Numbered from the stretch's first letter, positions 25,710 through 34,565 are shown. The stretch: 64,000 nucleotides of DNA from Gemmatimonadales bacterium (GCA_051955835.1 JBQCGH010000120.1:7019-71018), one strand, 5' to 3'. Notes: a model not told the origin generated them from the sequence alone. Made by a program: numbers and translations.

Positions 25710-25726
25710 CGGCACGGAGTCTGCAT
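25710..25726 (+). promoter_or_regulatory. sigma-54 (-24/-12) promoter candidate for pqqA
   Basis: cGGCACGgagtcTGCAt against the consensus TGGCACG-N4-TTGCW. GG (25711-12) and GC (25723-24) have the correct 12-nt register. It lies about 100 nt upstream of the pqqA ATG and directly downstream of a sigma-54 activator gene. Confidence 0.6.
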
Positions 25727-25828
25727 TTGAGCGGGCGTCGTCGGGTCAATCCAGGATCCGGCTGGGTGGGAACACCCAACGCAACGGGCCCTCGCGGCCC
25801 AGCCCTCACTCCCAGGAGGCTCCTAACC

Positions 25829-25903
25829 ATGAAGTGGACCAAGCCCGAGGCCGAGGTCGTTGCCGTCACGATGGAAGTCACCGCGTACGTCGCGACGCTC
25901 TAA
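25829..25903 (+). CDS. pqqA: PQQ precursor peptide PqqA (24 aa)
   Basis: MKWTKPEAEVVAVTMEVTAYVATL contains the conserved Glu-x3-Tyr (EVTAY). AGGAGG lies 8 nt upstream. It is followed by pqqBCDE. Confidence 0.85.
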   Translation: MKWTKPEAEVVAVTMEVTAYVATL

Positions 25904-25919
25904 GGCGAACAGCTGATCC

Positions 25920-25953
25920 GAGGGGCTCGCGAAAGCGGGCCCCTCGATCTTTT
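25920..25953 (+). terminator. pqqA-pqqB intergenic hairpin with GAAA tetraloop and T-tract (attenuator or partial terminator)
   Basis: gaggggctcgc-GAAA-gcgggcccctc (11 bp including one G-U pair) followed by gatcttttc. Confidence 0.6.
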
Positions 25954-25969
25954 CGGCCCTCCCCACCCC

Positions 25970-26878
25970 GTGCACATCGTTCTTCTGGGCACCGCCGCCG
26001 GCGGAGGCTTCCCCCAATGGAACTGCTGGTGCCCGACATGCCGCGTCGCCCGAAGCGCGCCGGACCAGGCACGTCCGCGCACCCAGTCGTCCGCCGCGGT
26101 GAGCGCGGACGGCGCCCGCTGGTTCCTGCTCAACGCCTCGCCCGATGTGCGCGAACAGCTGGGGACGCTCGGGCTGCCGGCGCCCACCGGCGTCCGGCAC
26201 GTGCCGGTCGAGGGCGTCGTCTTCACCGACGCCGAGCTGGACCATACGCTCGGTCTGGCCCTGCTCAGGGAGGCGCGACACCTTCAGGTGTGGGCCACCG
26301 ACGCGGTGCGGGACGTGATCGCGCATGATTCGCGGATCCTGCCGGTCACGCAGGCATTCGCCGAGGTTCGGGTCGAGGCGATGGTGCTCGAGCGGCGCAC
26401 CGGCCTCTGCTATCACGACGGGAGCTCCAGCAGCCTCCGGGTGACCTGTTTTCCGGTGCCCGCGGGACCGCCCCGGTTCGCGAGCGAAGAGCGGCCGGGC
26501 CACACGGTCGGCCTCATCGTGCAGGACGAGCGCACGGGAGGGTCTTGCGCCTTCGTTCCTGGCTGCGGCGGGCTCGACGACGAGCTGCTCCGCCGCCTCG
26601 AAACGGTGAACCTCGTGCTGTTCGACGGCACGTTCTGGACGGACGACGAGCTGATCGGCCTTGGCATCGGCGAGCGCACCGCCCGTCAGATGGATCATCT
26701 GCCGGTATCCGGCGCGGACGGAAGCCTGGCACGTCTGGCCGGCCTTGTCGGTCGGCGGCGGGTCTACACGCACATCAACAACACCAATCCCATGCTGCTC
26801 GAGCACGGTCCGGAGCGGGCCGACGTCGAGCGGGCCGGCCTGATCGTCGGCGCCGACGGCATGCGGTTTACCCTGTGA
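25970..26878 (+). CDS. pqqB: PQQ biosynthesis protein PqqB (metallo-beta-lactamase fold)
   Basis: 'IVLLGTAAGGGFPQWNCWCPTC' is the characteristic PqqB N-terminus. GTG start. Confidence 0.9.
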   Translation: MHIVLLGTAAGGGFPQWNCWCPTCRVARSAPDQARPRTQSSAAVSADGARWFLLNASPDVREQLGTLGLPAPTGVRHVPVEGVVFTDAELDHTLGLALLREARHLQVWATDAVRDVIAHDSRILPVTQAFAEVRVEAMVLERRTGLCYHDGSSSSLRVTCFPVPAGPPRFASEERPGHTVGLIVQDERTGGSCAFVPGCGGLDDELLRRLETVNLVLFDGTFWTDDELIGLGIGERTARQMDHLPVSGADGSLARLAGLVGRRRVYTHINNTNPMLLEHGPERADVERAGLIVGADGMRFTL

Positions 26879-26883
26879 CGATC

Positions 26884-27642
26884 ATGACCACGACCTTCGC
26901 CGCCTCGCAGCTCGCCTCACCGCCACGGCCGCCCATCCCCCCGCTCGAGCGTCCGCTGAGTCCTACGGAGCTCGAGGCGGCGCTCCGAACATTTCATGGG
27001 TCGTATTACGTGCAGCACCCGTTTCACCAGCGCATGTACGAGGGGAAGCTGACGCAGCGGCAGTTTCAGGGTTGGGCCGCGAACCGGCTCGCGTACCAGC
27101 GTGTGGTGCCGCGAAAGGACGCGGCCATCCTCTCCAACTGTCCCGACCCGGACGTGCGCCGGGAGTGGATCCAGCGCATCATCGACCACGACGGCACAGC
27201 GCCGCGCACGGGTGGGATCGAGATGTGGATCCGGCTCGGCATGGCCCTTGGCGTTCCGCGCGAGGAGATGGAGGACGAGCGGCACGTGCTGCCCGCGGTG
27301 CGGCTGATCTGCGAGTCGTACGTCACGTTCTGCCGGACCAAGCCCTGGCAGGAGGCGTGCGCCTCCTCGCTGACCGAGCTGTTCGCCCCCAAGATCCACC
27401 AGCAGCGCATCGAAGCGTTTCCGACCCACTATCCGTGGATTCCGCCTGAGGCGCTGGACTACTTCCGGAGCCGGCTGGTGCAGGCGCCGCGGGACGTGAG
27501 CCACGGACTGCGGATCGTGCGCGAGTGGGCCACGACGCCGGAACGGCAGCGCAAGGTGTTCGAGGCGCTGGCGTTCAAGCTCGAGATGCTGTGGGCGATG
27601 ATCGACACGATCCACAATGCGTACCGCGAGGACGTCGCGTGA
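26884..27642 (+). CDS. pqqC: pyrroloquinoline-quinone synthase PqqC
   Basis: 'HPFHQRMYEGKLTQRQFQGWAANRLAYQ' and 'YFRSRLVQAPRDV' are typical of PqqC. ATG at 26884. Confidence 0.9.
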   Translation: MTTTFAASQLASPPRPPIPPLERPLSPTELEAALRTFHGSYYVQHPFHQRMYEGKLTQRQFQGWAANRLAYQRVVPRKDAAILSNCPDPDVRREWIQRIIDHDGTAPRTGGIEMWIRLGMALGVPREEMEDERHVLPAVRLICESYVTFCRTKPWQEACASSLTELFAPKIHQQRIEAFPTHYPWIPPEALDYFRSRLVQAPRDVSHGLRIVREWATTPERQRKVFEALAFKLEMLWAMIDTIHNAYREDVA

Positions 27643-27902
27643 CGCTCGCGCCCGACGCGGTCCCTCGACTCTGGCGACTGGCCCGCTTGGACTACGACCC
27701 GGCGCGCGACCGCCCCGTCCTGCTGTACCCCGAAGGCGCCGTCCTGCTCAACGACACCGGCAAGGCCATCCTGGAGCTGGTGAACGGGAGCCGCACCGTG
27801 GCCGAGATCGCCGCCACGCTGAGTGAACGCTACCAGACCGACGTGACCGCCGATGTGACCGAGTATCTGTCGCGGCTGGCGGAGAGAGAGCTGATCCAAT
27901 GA
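27639..27902 (+). CDS. pqqD: PQQ biosynthesis peptide chaperone PqqD
   Basis: GTGA overlap with pqqC. 'PVLLYPEGAVLLNDTGKAILELVNGSRTVAEI'. Confidence 0.85.
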   Translation: MTLAPDAVPRLWRLARLDYDPARDRPVLLYPEGAVLLNDTGKAILELVNGSRTVAEIAATLSERYQTDVTADVTEYLSRLAERELIQ

Positions 27903-28984
27903 CCACCCAGGAACGCCCGACGACCCTGCTCGCGGAGCTGACGCACCGCTGCCCGCTGCACTGCCCCTACTGCTCGAACCCGCTCGACCTGCTCCGGGCC
28001 GACACTGAGATCGGCACCGAGGACTGGAAGCGCGTCTTCACCCAGGCGCGCGAGCTCGGTGTGCTGCAGCTCGGGCTCTCCGGCGGGGAGCCGCTGGTGC
28101 GCAAGGATCTCGAGGAGCTGGCCGTGCATGCCCGGAGTCTCGGCCTGTACACCACCCTCGTAACCTCGGGCCTCGGTCTCACCCGCAAGCGCGCCGAGGC
28201 GCTGCGGGCCGCCGGGCTCGAGCACATCCAGGTGTCGGTGCAGGATGCCGATCCGGCCGTGGCGGAGCGGATCGCGGGGGTGAGCTCGGTAAAACAGAAG
28301 CAGGCGGCCGTATCATTGGTGAAGGAGCTCGGCTTCGCGTTCTCGATCAACGTCGTGCTGCACCGCGCCAATCTCGATCGGATCGGCGAGATCATCGACC
28401 TCGCCGCCGAATACGGCGCGGATCGGCTGGAGCTTGCGAACACCCAGTACTACGGCTGGGGCCTCAAGAATCGCGCATCGCTCATGCCGACGCGGCGACA
28501 GGTGCTCGAAGCCAAGGAGATCGCCCAGGAGCGGATCCAGCGCTACAAGGGGCAGATGCAGATCACGTTCGTGCTCCCGGACTACTTCGAGGAGCTGCCG
28601 AAGGCGTGCTACGGCGGCTGGGGCCGGTACTACATCGTGGTCTCGCCGGATGGGCGCGCGCTTCCCTGCCATGGCGCGTACGCGATCCCCTCGCTCGACC
28701 TTCCCAACGTGCGCGACCATTCGGTGGGCTGGATCTGGCACGAATCACCCGCCTTCCAGGCCTTTCGGGGGGACGCGTGGATGCGCGAGCCCTGCCGGAG
28801 CTGCCCGCGGAAAGGGGTGGATTTCGGCGGCTGCCGCTGCCAGGCGCTGGCGCTCACCGGTGACGCCGCCAACGCCGATCCGGTCTGCGCCCTGAGCCCG
28901 CACCGTCACGTGATCGACCAGGCTTTGCGCGAGCAGGCCGACGAGTACGTCTACCGCGATTACGTCGAGCCGCAGCGCGCGTGA
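27899..28984 (+). CDS. pqqE: radical SAM/SPASM enzyme PqqE
   Basis: ATGA overlap with pqqD. 'LLAELTHRCPLHCPYCSNP' (CX3CX2C) and a C-terminal SPASM cysteine cluster 'CRSCPRKGVDFGGCRCQA'. Confidence 0.92.
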   Translation: MTTQERPTTLLAELTHRCPLHCPYCSNPLDLLRADTEIGTEDWKRVFTQARELGVLQLGLSGGEPLVRKDLEELAVHARSLGLYTTLVTSGLGLTRKRAEALRAAGLEHIQVSVQDADPAVAERIAGVSSVKQKQAAVSLVKELGFAFSINVVLHRANLDRIGEIIDLAAEYGADRLELANTQYYGWGLKNRASLMPTRRQVLEAKEIAQERIQRYKGQMQITFVLPDYFEELPKACYGGWGRYYIVVSPDGRALPCHGAYAIPSLDLPNVRDHSVGWIWHESPAFQAFRGDAWMREPCRSCPRKGVDFGGCRCQALALTGDAANADPVCALSPHRHVIDQALREQADEYVYRDYVEPQRA

Positions 28985-29928
28985 GCCATTCGGCTGCGCC
29001 CGGGGCCGGCGCGACACCGGCGATTCTCACCGAAGGGCTCGGGCGCGACTATGGCGGCGTCCGGGCCCTCGACGCATTGACTCTCGAGGTCGCGCGGGGC
29101 TCGCTGGTCGGCCTCCTCGGCCCGAACGGCGCGGGCAAGACGACCGCGATGCTGCTGCTGGCCACGCTGCTCGCGCCCACCCGCGGAGGCGCCCGCGTGC
29201 TCGGGCACGACGTCGTACGGGATCGCGCGGCGGCGCGACGGCGGCTCGGGCTCGTGTTCCAGGAGACCAGCATCGACGGCCTGCTCACGGTCGAGCAGAA
29301 CCTGCGGTTCGCCGCCCGTCTCGCGGGGTTGGGTGGCCGGGAGCTTTCGGCGGCGGTCGCCGCGGCGATGGAGCGCGCGGGCCTCGGCCCACGTGCGGCA
29401 CAGGCGGCGAGCCGCCTTTCCGGCGGTTGGCGCCGCCTGGTCGACGTCGCCCGCGCGACCCTTGCGGGCCCCGAGCTGCTCATTCTGGACGAGCCGACGG
29501 TCGGCCTCGATCCCGAGCACCGCGAGCTGATCTGGAGGCTGCTTGCCGCGGAGCGGCGGGAGCGTGGTACGACCGTCCTGTTCTCCACGCATTATCTCGC
29601 GGAGGCCGAGCCGGCCGACCGAGTCGTGCTGCTCTCGCGCGGGCGGGTCGTGGCGGACGATGCGCCCCGCGCCTTGCGCGCCGCGGTGGGAGCCGAAGTC
29701 GCCGAGATCGAAGGTCCAGGCGCCGAGCGCCTGGCGAGAGCGGTGCGCGGACTCGGCGCCGCGGCTACGGTGCTCCGAACGGAGCGAGGGTACCGCTTGG
29801 GCATCAGCGGCGAGCGGGAAGCGGTGATCGAACTGGCCACGGCCGCGACCGGCATCGAGCGGCTCGCGCTCCGGCCGCCGACCCTCGAGGACGTGTACTT
29901 CGCGCGGACCGTCGGGAGCGAGGCGTGA
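28981..29928 (+). CDS. ABC transporter ATP-binding protein (ABC-2/DrrA-like)
   Basis: GTGA overlap with the pqqE stop. Walker A 'GPNGAGKTT', signature 'LSGGWRR', Walker B 'LLILDEP'. Confidence 0.9.
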   Translation: MSHSAAPGAGATPAILTEGLGRDYGGVRALDALTLEVARGSLVGLLGPNGAGKTTAMLLLATLLAPTRGGARVLGHDVVRDRAAARRRLGLVFQETSIDGLLTVEQNLRFAARLAGLGGRELSAAVAAAMERAGLGPRAAQAASRLSGGWRRLVDVARATLAGPELLILDEPTVGLDPEHRELIWRLLAAERRERGTTVLFSTHYLAEAEPADRVVLLSRGRVVADDAPRALRAAVGAEVAEIEGPGAERLARAVRGLGAAATVLRTERGYRLGISGEREAVIELATAATGIERLALRPPTLEDVYFARTVGSEA

Positions 29929-30746
29929 GCGCCTGGCACGCGGTCATCGGCATCGTCGCGCGCGATCTGACACGGGCAACGCGTCAGACGAGCCGCCTGC
30001 TGGGCGGTCTCGCCCGGCCGTTCATGTGGCTTATCCTGGTGGGCACCGGTTACAACGCCATCGCGCGGATCGACAACGGGCTGCCCTATCAGGCCTATGT
30101 GTTCCCCGGGGTCGTGGTGATGGCGGCGTTGTTCGGCGGGATGCTGACGGGCATCTCCACCGTGTACGACCGGGAGTTCGGCATGCTGCGCCTCATGCTC
30201 GCGAGTCCGGCCGGCTCGGCCGCCGTGCTGGCCGGCCGGGCGATCGCCGCGATGCTGGTGGGCGCGCTGCAAGGCGCGGTGGTGCTGGTGGTCGCGCCGC
30301 TCGTGGTGGACGCGGCCCCGGCGCGCTACCTGGCGGCGGCCGCGGCGCTTCTCGTCGTCGCGGCGATGAGCGCGACGTTGGGGCTGATGGTTGCCGCCCG
30401 GCTCCGGTCGGTCGAGAACTTCGCGGGAATCATCAACGTGGTCCTCTTTCCGCTCCTGTTCCTGAGCGGAGCGCTGTACCCCACGCGGGGCATGCCGCCG
30501 GCATTCCGGGCGGTGGCTCGAATCAACCCGGTGAGCTACGCCGTAGACCTCGTGCGCCACGCGCTGGGACAGCCGGCGGAGGCGTCGGCGCCGCTCGCGG
30601 CCGCCACCGTGATAGGAACGACCATCGCCGCATTCGTCATCGCCGTACTGGTGTTCGATCCGGAGCAGCGATTCGTGGGGCGCGCCAGACCGGCACGAAC
30701 GGACACGCCCAGGACCGATGCCTCGCCCGCGGGTGAGCCACGCTGA
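29925..30746 (+). CDS. ABC-2 type transporter permease
   Basis: GTGA overlap with the ATPase gene. Six hydrophobic segments and 'YDREFGMLRLMLASP', typical of ABC-2 permeases. Confidence 0.85.
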   Translation: MSAWHAVIGIVARDLTRATRQTSRLLGGLARPFMWLILVGTGYNAIARIDNGLPYQAYVFPGVVVMAALFGGMLTGISTVYDREFGMLRLMLASPAGSAAVLAGRAIAAMLVGALQGAVVLVVAPLVVDAAPARYLAAAAALLVVAAMSATLGLMVAARLRSVENFAGIINVVLFPLLFLSGALYPTRGMPPAFRAVARINPVSYAVDLVRHALGQPAEASAPLAAATVIGTTIAAFVIAVLVFDPEQRFVGRARPARTDTPRTDASPAGEPR

Positions 30747-30812
30747 ACCAAGTGCACCGGCGTGCGCGGAGGGATGCACTGCTCGTTCGCGCCACTGCGC
30801 TCGCAGGCGAGC

Positions 30813-31628
30813 TCATCGAGACTCGGGCTCAGCTGCACAGAATCGTCCGCTCCGCGTGAGCGCTGCGTCCTGCTCCAGCCGGGATCGGAGCGGCAGCTTG
30901 AGCGGACCACCGGCAGGCACCGACGTCTCGACCACGATGTGACGCACCCGCCGCACCAGGCCCGACCTCGCGTCCCAGTCTATCTCACCCGTTTCGGTGG
31001 TCACCTGGCTCACCGTGAGTCCGGTCATGTCGCCTCGAATCGCAGCTTCGTTCGATTGCGATCGATCATGCAAGGCGAGCCTCCACAGTGACCGACCGTG
31101 GGCCACGCTGTCGGGCAGCCGGCGCAGCTCGAGGCCCGCGCCGTCGCTCCACGCATCACCGACCGTCAGCGCGCGGGGCGGGAGCGGTGGCAGGAGATCA
31201 TCCAGGACGCGGCCGAGATCGGCGACCTCCGCAACGGCGTCGGGCACAAATGGCCGTGCGCGAGGCTCGTAGCGGCCCTCGGCCGACAGCGCACCGCGGT
31301 AGCGGCCTCCCAGCAGGCCGTCGGTGTCCGGGATGAGGGTGGTCTCGGGACTCACGCGCGAGACGGCGAGCGAATCGTACCAGGCCTCGAGGGCGATGCC
31401 CGAATCGGCGGCGCGAGCGCGGACACGGAGCACGCCGTCGCGGGAAAGCGTCTCGCGCCGGCGGCGGGCGCCGGTTTCGGCGTCGAGCCGTCCGGCCGCG
31501 TGATCCACGAAGGTGGCGCAGTCGAGCTGCGCCGCGGTGTATCGGAGTGAAGCAGGCGGACCTGCCGCGTACACGCCCACGCCAGCGACGAGCCACACGA
31601 GCAGCGCCGGGCGCCGCGCGCGGGTCAC
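30813..31628 (-). CDS. hypothetical secreted protein
   Basis: N-terminal signal-like 'ALLVWLVAGVGVYAA'. 13-nt gap after the upstream pruA-like gene. No family recognised. Confidence 0.5.
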   Translation of the reverse strand: MTRARRPALLVWLVAGVGVYAAGPPASLRYTAAQLDCATFVDHAAGRLDAETGARRRRETLSRDGVLRVRARAADSGIALEAWYDSLAVSRVSPETTLIPDTDGLLGGRYRGALSAEGRYEPRARPFVPDAVAEVADLGRVLDDLLPPLPPRALTVGDAWSDGAGLELRRLPDSVAHGRSLWRLALHDRSQSNEAAIRGDMTGLTVSQVTTETGEIDWDARSGLVRRVRHIVVETSVPAGGPLKLPLRSRLEQDAALTRSGRFCAAEPESR

Positions 31629-31641
31629 GGCGCCGATCAGA

Positions 31642-33270
31642 TCACGCCTCCGTCATGAACGGGTAGCGGTAGTCGTGGGCCGGCGCGAGCGTCTCCTTGA
31701 CGCTCCGGGGAGAGACCCAGCGCAGCAAGTTGAGCACCGAGCCCGCCTTGTCGTTCGTGCCGCTGGCCCGCGCACCGCCGAAGGGCTGCTGCCCGACCAC
31801 CGCGCCGGTCGGCTTGTCGTTCACGTAGTAGTTGCCGGCGGCCTGACGCAGCACCCCGTCGGCCTCCGCCAGCGCCGCGCGGTCGCGCGCGAACACGGCG
31901 CCCGTGAGCGCGTAGGGGCCGGTGCGGTCCACCAGCTCGAGCGTCTCGCGCCACCGCGCGGCCGGATAGACATAGGTGGTGAGCACCGGGCCGAAAATCT
32001 CCTCGCGCATCGTGCGATAGCCGGGGTCCTCGACCTGAAGCAGTGTGGGCTGCACGAAGTAGCCGACGCTGTCGTCGGTCCCGCCGCCCGCCACGACGCG
32101 GACGCCGGGCGCTGTGCGGGCGGTGGCGAGATGGTCGCGGATGCGGGCGAAGGCGCGGTGATCGATGACGGCGCCCATGAAGTTGCGGAAATCGGCGACG
32201 TCGCCCATCCGGATGTCCTCGATCATCGCGACGACCCGGTCGCGTACCGCGGGCCACAGGGTGTCGGGGATATACGCCCGGGACGCCGCGCTGCATTTCT
32301 GACCCTGGTACTCGTATGCGCCACGAACGAGCGCGACGGCCAGCGCGTCGATGTCGGCGCTCGGGTGCGCGACGACGAAGTCCTTCCCGCCGGTCTCACC
32401 CACGATGCGCGGGTAGCTGCGATAGCGGTCGAGGTTCTCCCCGATCTCCTTCCACAGACTCCTGAACACGGTCGTCGAGCCGGTGAAGTGGATGCCCGCA
32501 AAGTGGGGGCTCGAGAGGAGCGTGCGGCTGACCGCGATCGGATCGCCCGGGAGGAAATTGATTACACCCGGCGGCAGCCCGGCCTCTTCGAGCAGCTTGT
32601 AGAAGTGCCAGTTGCTGAGCGCGGCCGTGTGCGCCGGCTTCCACACGACCGTATTCCCCATGAGCGCCGGTGCGGTGGGCAGGTTGCCGCCGATGGCGGT
32701 GAAGTTGAATGGCGTGATAGCGTACACGAAGCCTTCGAGCGGACGATGGTCCATCCGGTTCCATGCGCCGGCTGCCGACTGCGGCTGCTCCTGGTAGATG
32801 CGCTCGGCGAAGTGCACGTTGAAGCGGAGGAAGTCGATCAGCTCGCACGCGCTGTCGATCTCCGCCTGAAACGCGGTCTTGCTCTGGCCGAGCATGGTGG
32901 CCGCGTTGAGCCGCTGCCGGTGCACGCCGGCGAGCAGATCGGCCGCCTTGAGGAAGACCGCCGCGCGGTCCTCGAATCGCCAATGCGCCCAATCCTGCTG
33001 CGCCTCGACCGCCGCGGTGACCGCCGAGTCCATGGTGGCCTGGTCGGCCTGGTGAAGCGTGGCGAGGACCCGGGCGTGGCAATGCGGCGACAGGACGTTC
33101 TGCGTGGCGCCGCTCCGAAACTCGCGGCCGCCCACGACCGCCGGGATGTCGGGCCGCTCAGCACCCACGACGCCGAGGGCGCCTTTGAGCGCCGTGCGCT
33201 CGGCGGTCCCCGGGGCGTAGCTCAGGACTGGTTCGTTGTGAGGCTGGGGGATGTTCGGGGCACCGCTCAT
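31642..33270 (-). CDS. pruA: L-glutamate gamma-semialdehyde (1-pyrroline-5-carboxylate) dehydrogenase
   Basis: Aldehyde dehydrogenase signatures 'VGETGGKDF' and catalytic Cys 'YQGQKCSAASR'. 542 aa, with 'MSGAPNIPQPHNEPVLSYAPG' typical of single-domain P5CDH. The ATG at 33270 was chosen over the long shadow extension. Confidence 0.88.
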   Translation of the reverse strand: MSGAPNIPQPHNEPVLSYAPGTAERTALKGALGVVGAERPDIPAVVGGREFRSGATQNVLSPHCHARVLATLHQADQATMDSAVTAAVEAQQDWAHWRFEDRAAVFLKAADLLAGVHRQRLNAATMLGQSKTAFQAEIDSACELIDFLRFNVHFAERIYQEQPQSAAGAWNRMDHRPLEGFVYAITPFNFTAIGGNLPTAPALMGNTVVWKPAHTAALSNWHFYKLLEEAGLPPGVINFLPGDPIAVSRTLLSSPHFAGIHFTGSTTVFRSLWKEIGENLDRYRSYPRIVGETGGKDFVVAHPSADIDALAVALVRGAYEYQGQKCSAASRAYIPDTLWPAVRDRVVAMIEDIRMGDVADFRNFMGAVIDHRAFARIRDHLATARTAPGVRVVAGGGTDDSVGYFVQPTLLQVEDPGYRTMREEIFGPVLTTYVYPAARWRETLELVDRTGPYALTGAVFARDRAALAEADGVLRQAAGNYYVNDKPTGAVVGQQPFGGARASGTNDKAGSVLNLLRWVSPRSVKETLAPAHDYRYPFMTEA

Positions 33271-33343
33271 CGGAACGTCCGGGCTCGGGGAGGGAAGGAA
33301 AATAACCGGGGCAGGATGCCGATGGGCGACCCGCTGGAGGTCG

Positions 33344-34099
33344 CTAGAACGACGCCTGCCAGCCCAGCCCCGCGCCTTGTGGGCCCGCGATGAAGGATGG
33401 GGGATGCAGACGGAAAATCCGCCACCGGCCGGACGCGAGCTTGGCCGAGGTGATGCCGACGAGCGCGCCGGCGGCCACGTCGGTGAACCAGTGGCGGTTG
33501 TCGTTGATGCGGGACCAGCCGACCGCCGTCGACAGGCCATACAGACCCACGGCCGCCACTGGATTGTGGATGGCGTCAGCGAGCGAGGTGGCCAAGGCAA
33601 AGGCGGCGGCCGTATGCCCCGAGGGCATCGAGACCTGGCCCGAGAACGGTTCATAGCCGTCCGCGTCCAGGCTCTGCTCGGGACGCGGACGCCCCACGGC
33701 GACCTTGCCTACCTCGGTGGCGGCCCCGGCCAGGGCCATCGCCAGGGCCAGCCGGCCGCCGCTTCGGGTAATGTCGGGCCGCCCGGCGATCAGCCCAGTA
33801 GCGAGCATGCCGAGCGTCACGGTGACGTAGGCCTCTGGCTGCCCGAAATGACGGACCACCGAGGCGACGTTGTCGGCACCGGTGCCGCTGTTATGCCGAG
33901 CGTATCGTTGCACGGGATGGTCCAGCACCATCAGCGTCGAGAGCGCCCCGGCGACGGCCGCCCCATGCCACCAGCGAAGGACGTGCGGCGCAGGCGTCTC
34001 GATCGTGGCACGCGACTCGGAGAGGGAGTCGAGCCCCTGCGCCGCGACCCAGGCGGGACTGCCGAGCAGGACGAGCGACAGCACCGCCGAACGCGACAT
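33344..34099 (-). CDS. PAP2 family phosphatase
   Basis: Signal peptide plus the three PAP2 motifs 'KVAVGRPRP', 'PSGH' and 'SRINDNRHWFTDV'. Confidence 0.85.
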   Translation of the reverse strand: MSRSAVLSLVLLGSPAWVAAQGLDSLSESRATIETPAPHVLRWWHGAAVAGALSTLMVLDHPVQRYARHNSGTGADNVASVVRHFGQPEAYVTVTLGMLATGLIAGRPDITRSGGRLALAMALAGAATEVGKVAVGRPRPEQSLDADGYEPFSGQVSMPSGHTAAAFALATSLADAIHNPVAAVGLYGLSTAVGWSRINDNRHWFTDVAAGALVGITSAKLASGRWRIFRLHPPSFIAGPQGAGLGWQASF

Positions 34100-34188
34100 C
34101 TCCCGCCTCCTGCCGGCCGTGGCACCTTCACCCCGGCTGTGATTACCTTCGGACGTCTCCGACGGACGCCTTCAGCTCAGGGGTACCG

Positions 34189-34551
34189 ATGATCCGACGC
34201 TTGGGGCTGTGCCTTGCCGCCATCGCTCTCGTCTCGTGCCGGGACTATCACTACAAGACGGGCATGTCCGACCAGCATGGTCTCACTCCGCCCGACCAGT
34301 TCGCACGCTACGGACATGATCAGGCGGAGGCCATCGCGATCGGCCGTGAGTTCGGCCGCACGGGTCGTGCCGACTCCGCCGCCGCGTATGCCAAGTCGCT
34401 CGGAGACGTCGAGGATGTAGTGACGGACACGCAGAGCTTCCGGTTGACGGTGCGGTTCAAGAGCGGCTGGCGGACGGGTATTCCCCCCATCAACGACGGC
34501 AAGCGCGGAAGCGATACGCCCGGCGTGGGCAAGGCGCAGCCCAAGTCCTAG
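34189..34551 (+). CDS. hypothetical lipoprotein
   Basis: Lipobox 'IALVSC' after a short basic N-terminus. Confidence 0.55.
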   Translation: MIRRLGLCLAAIALVSCRDYHYKTGMSDQHGLTPPDQFARYGHDQAEAIAIGREFGRTGRADSAAAYAKSLGDVEDVVTDTQSFRLTVRFKSGWRTGIPPINDGKRGSDTPGVGKAQPKS

Positions 34552-34565
34552 GGGTCCTCAATATA

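Noticed and set aside
25664-25903. The full 79-aa ORF as a protein.
   Set aside because: The first 55 codons are Arg/Pro/Gly-rich and contain the sigma-54 promoter. Only the last 24 codons match PqqA and have a Shine-Dalgarno sequence.
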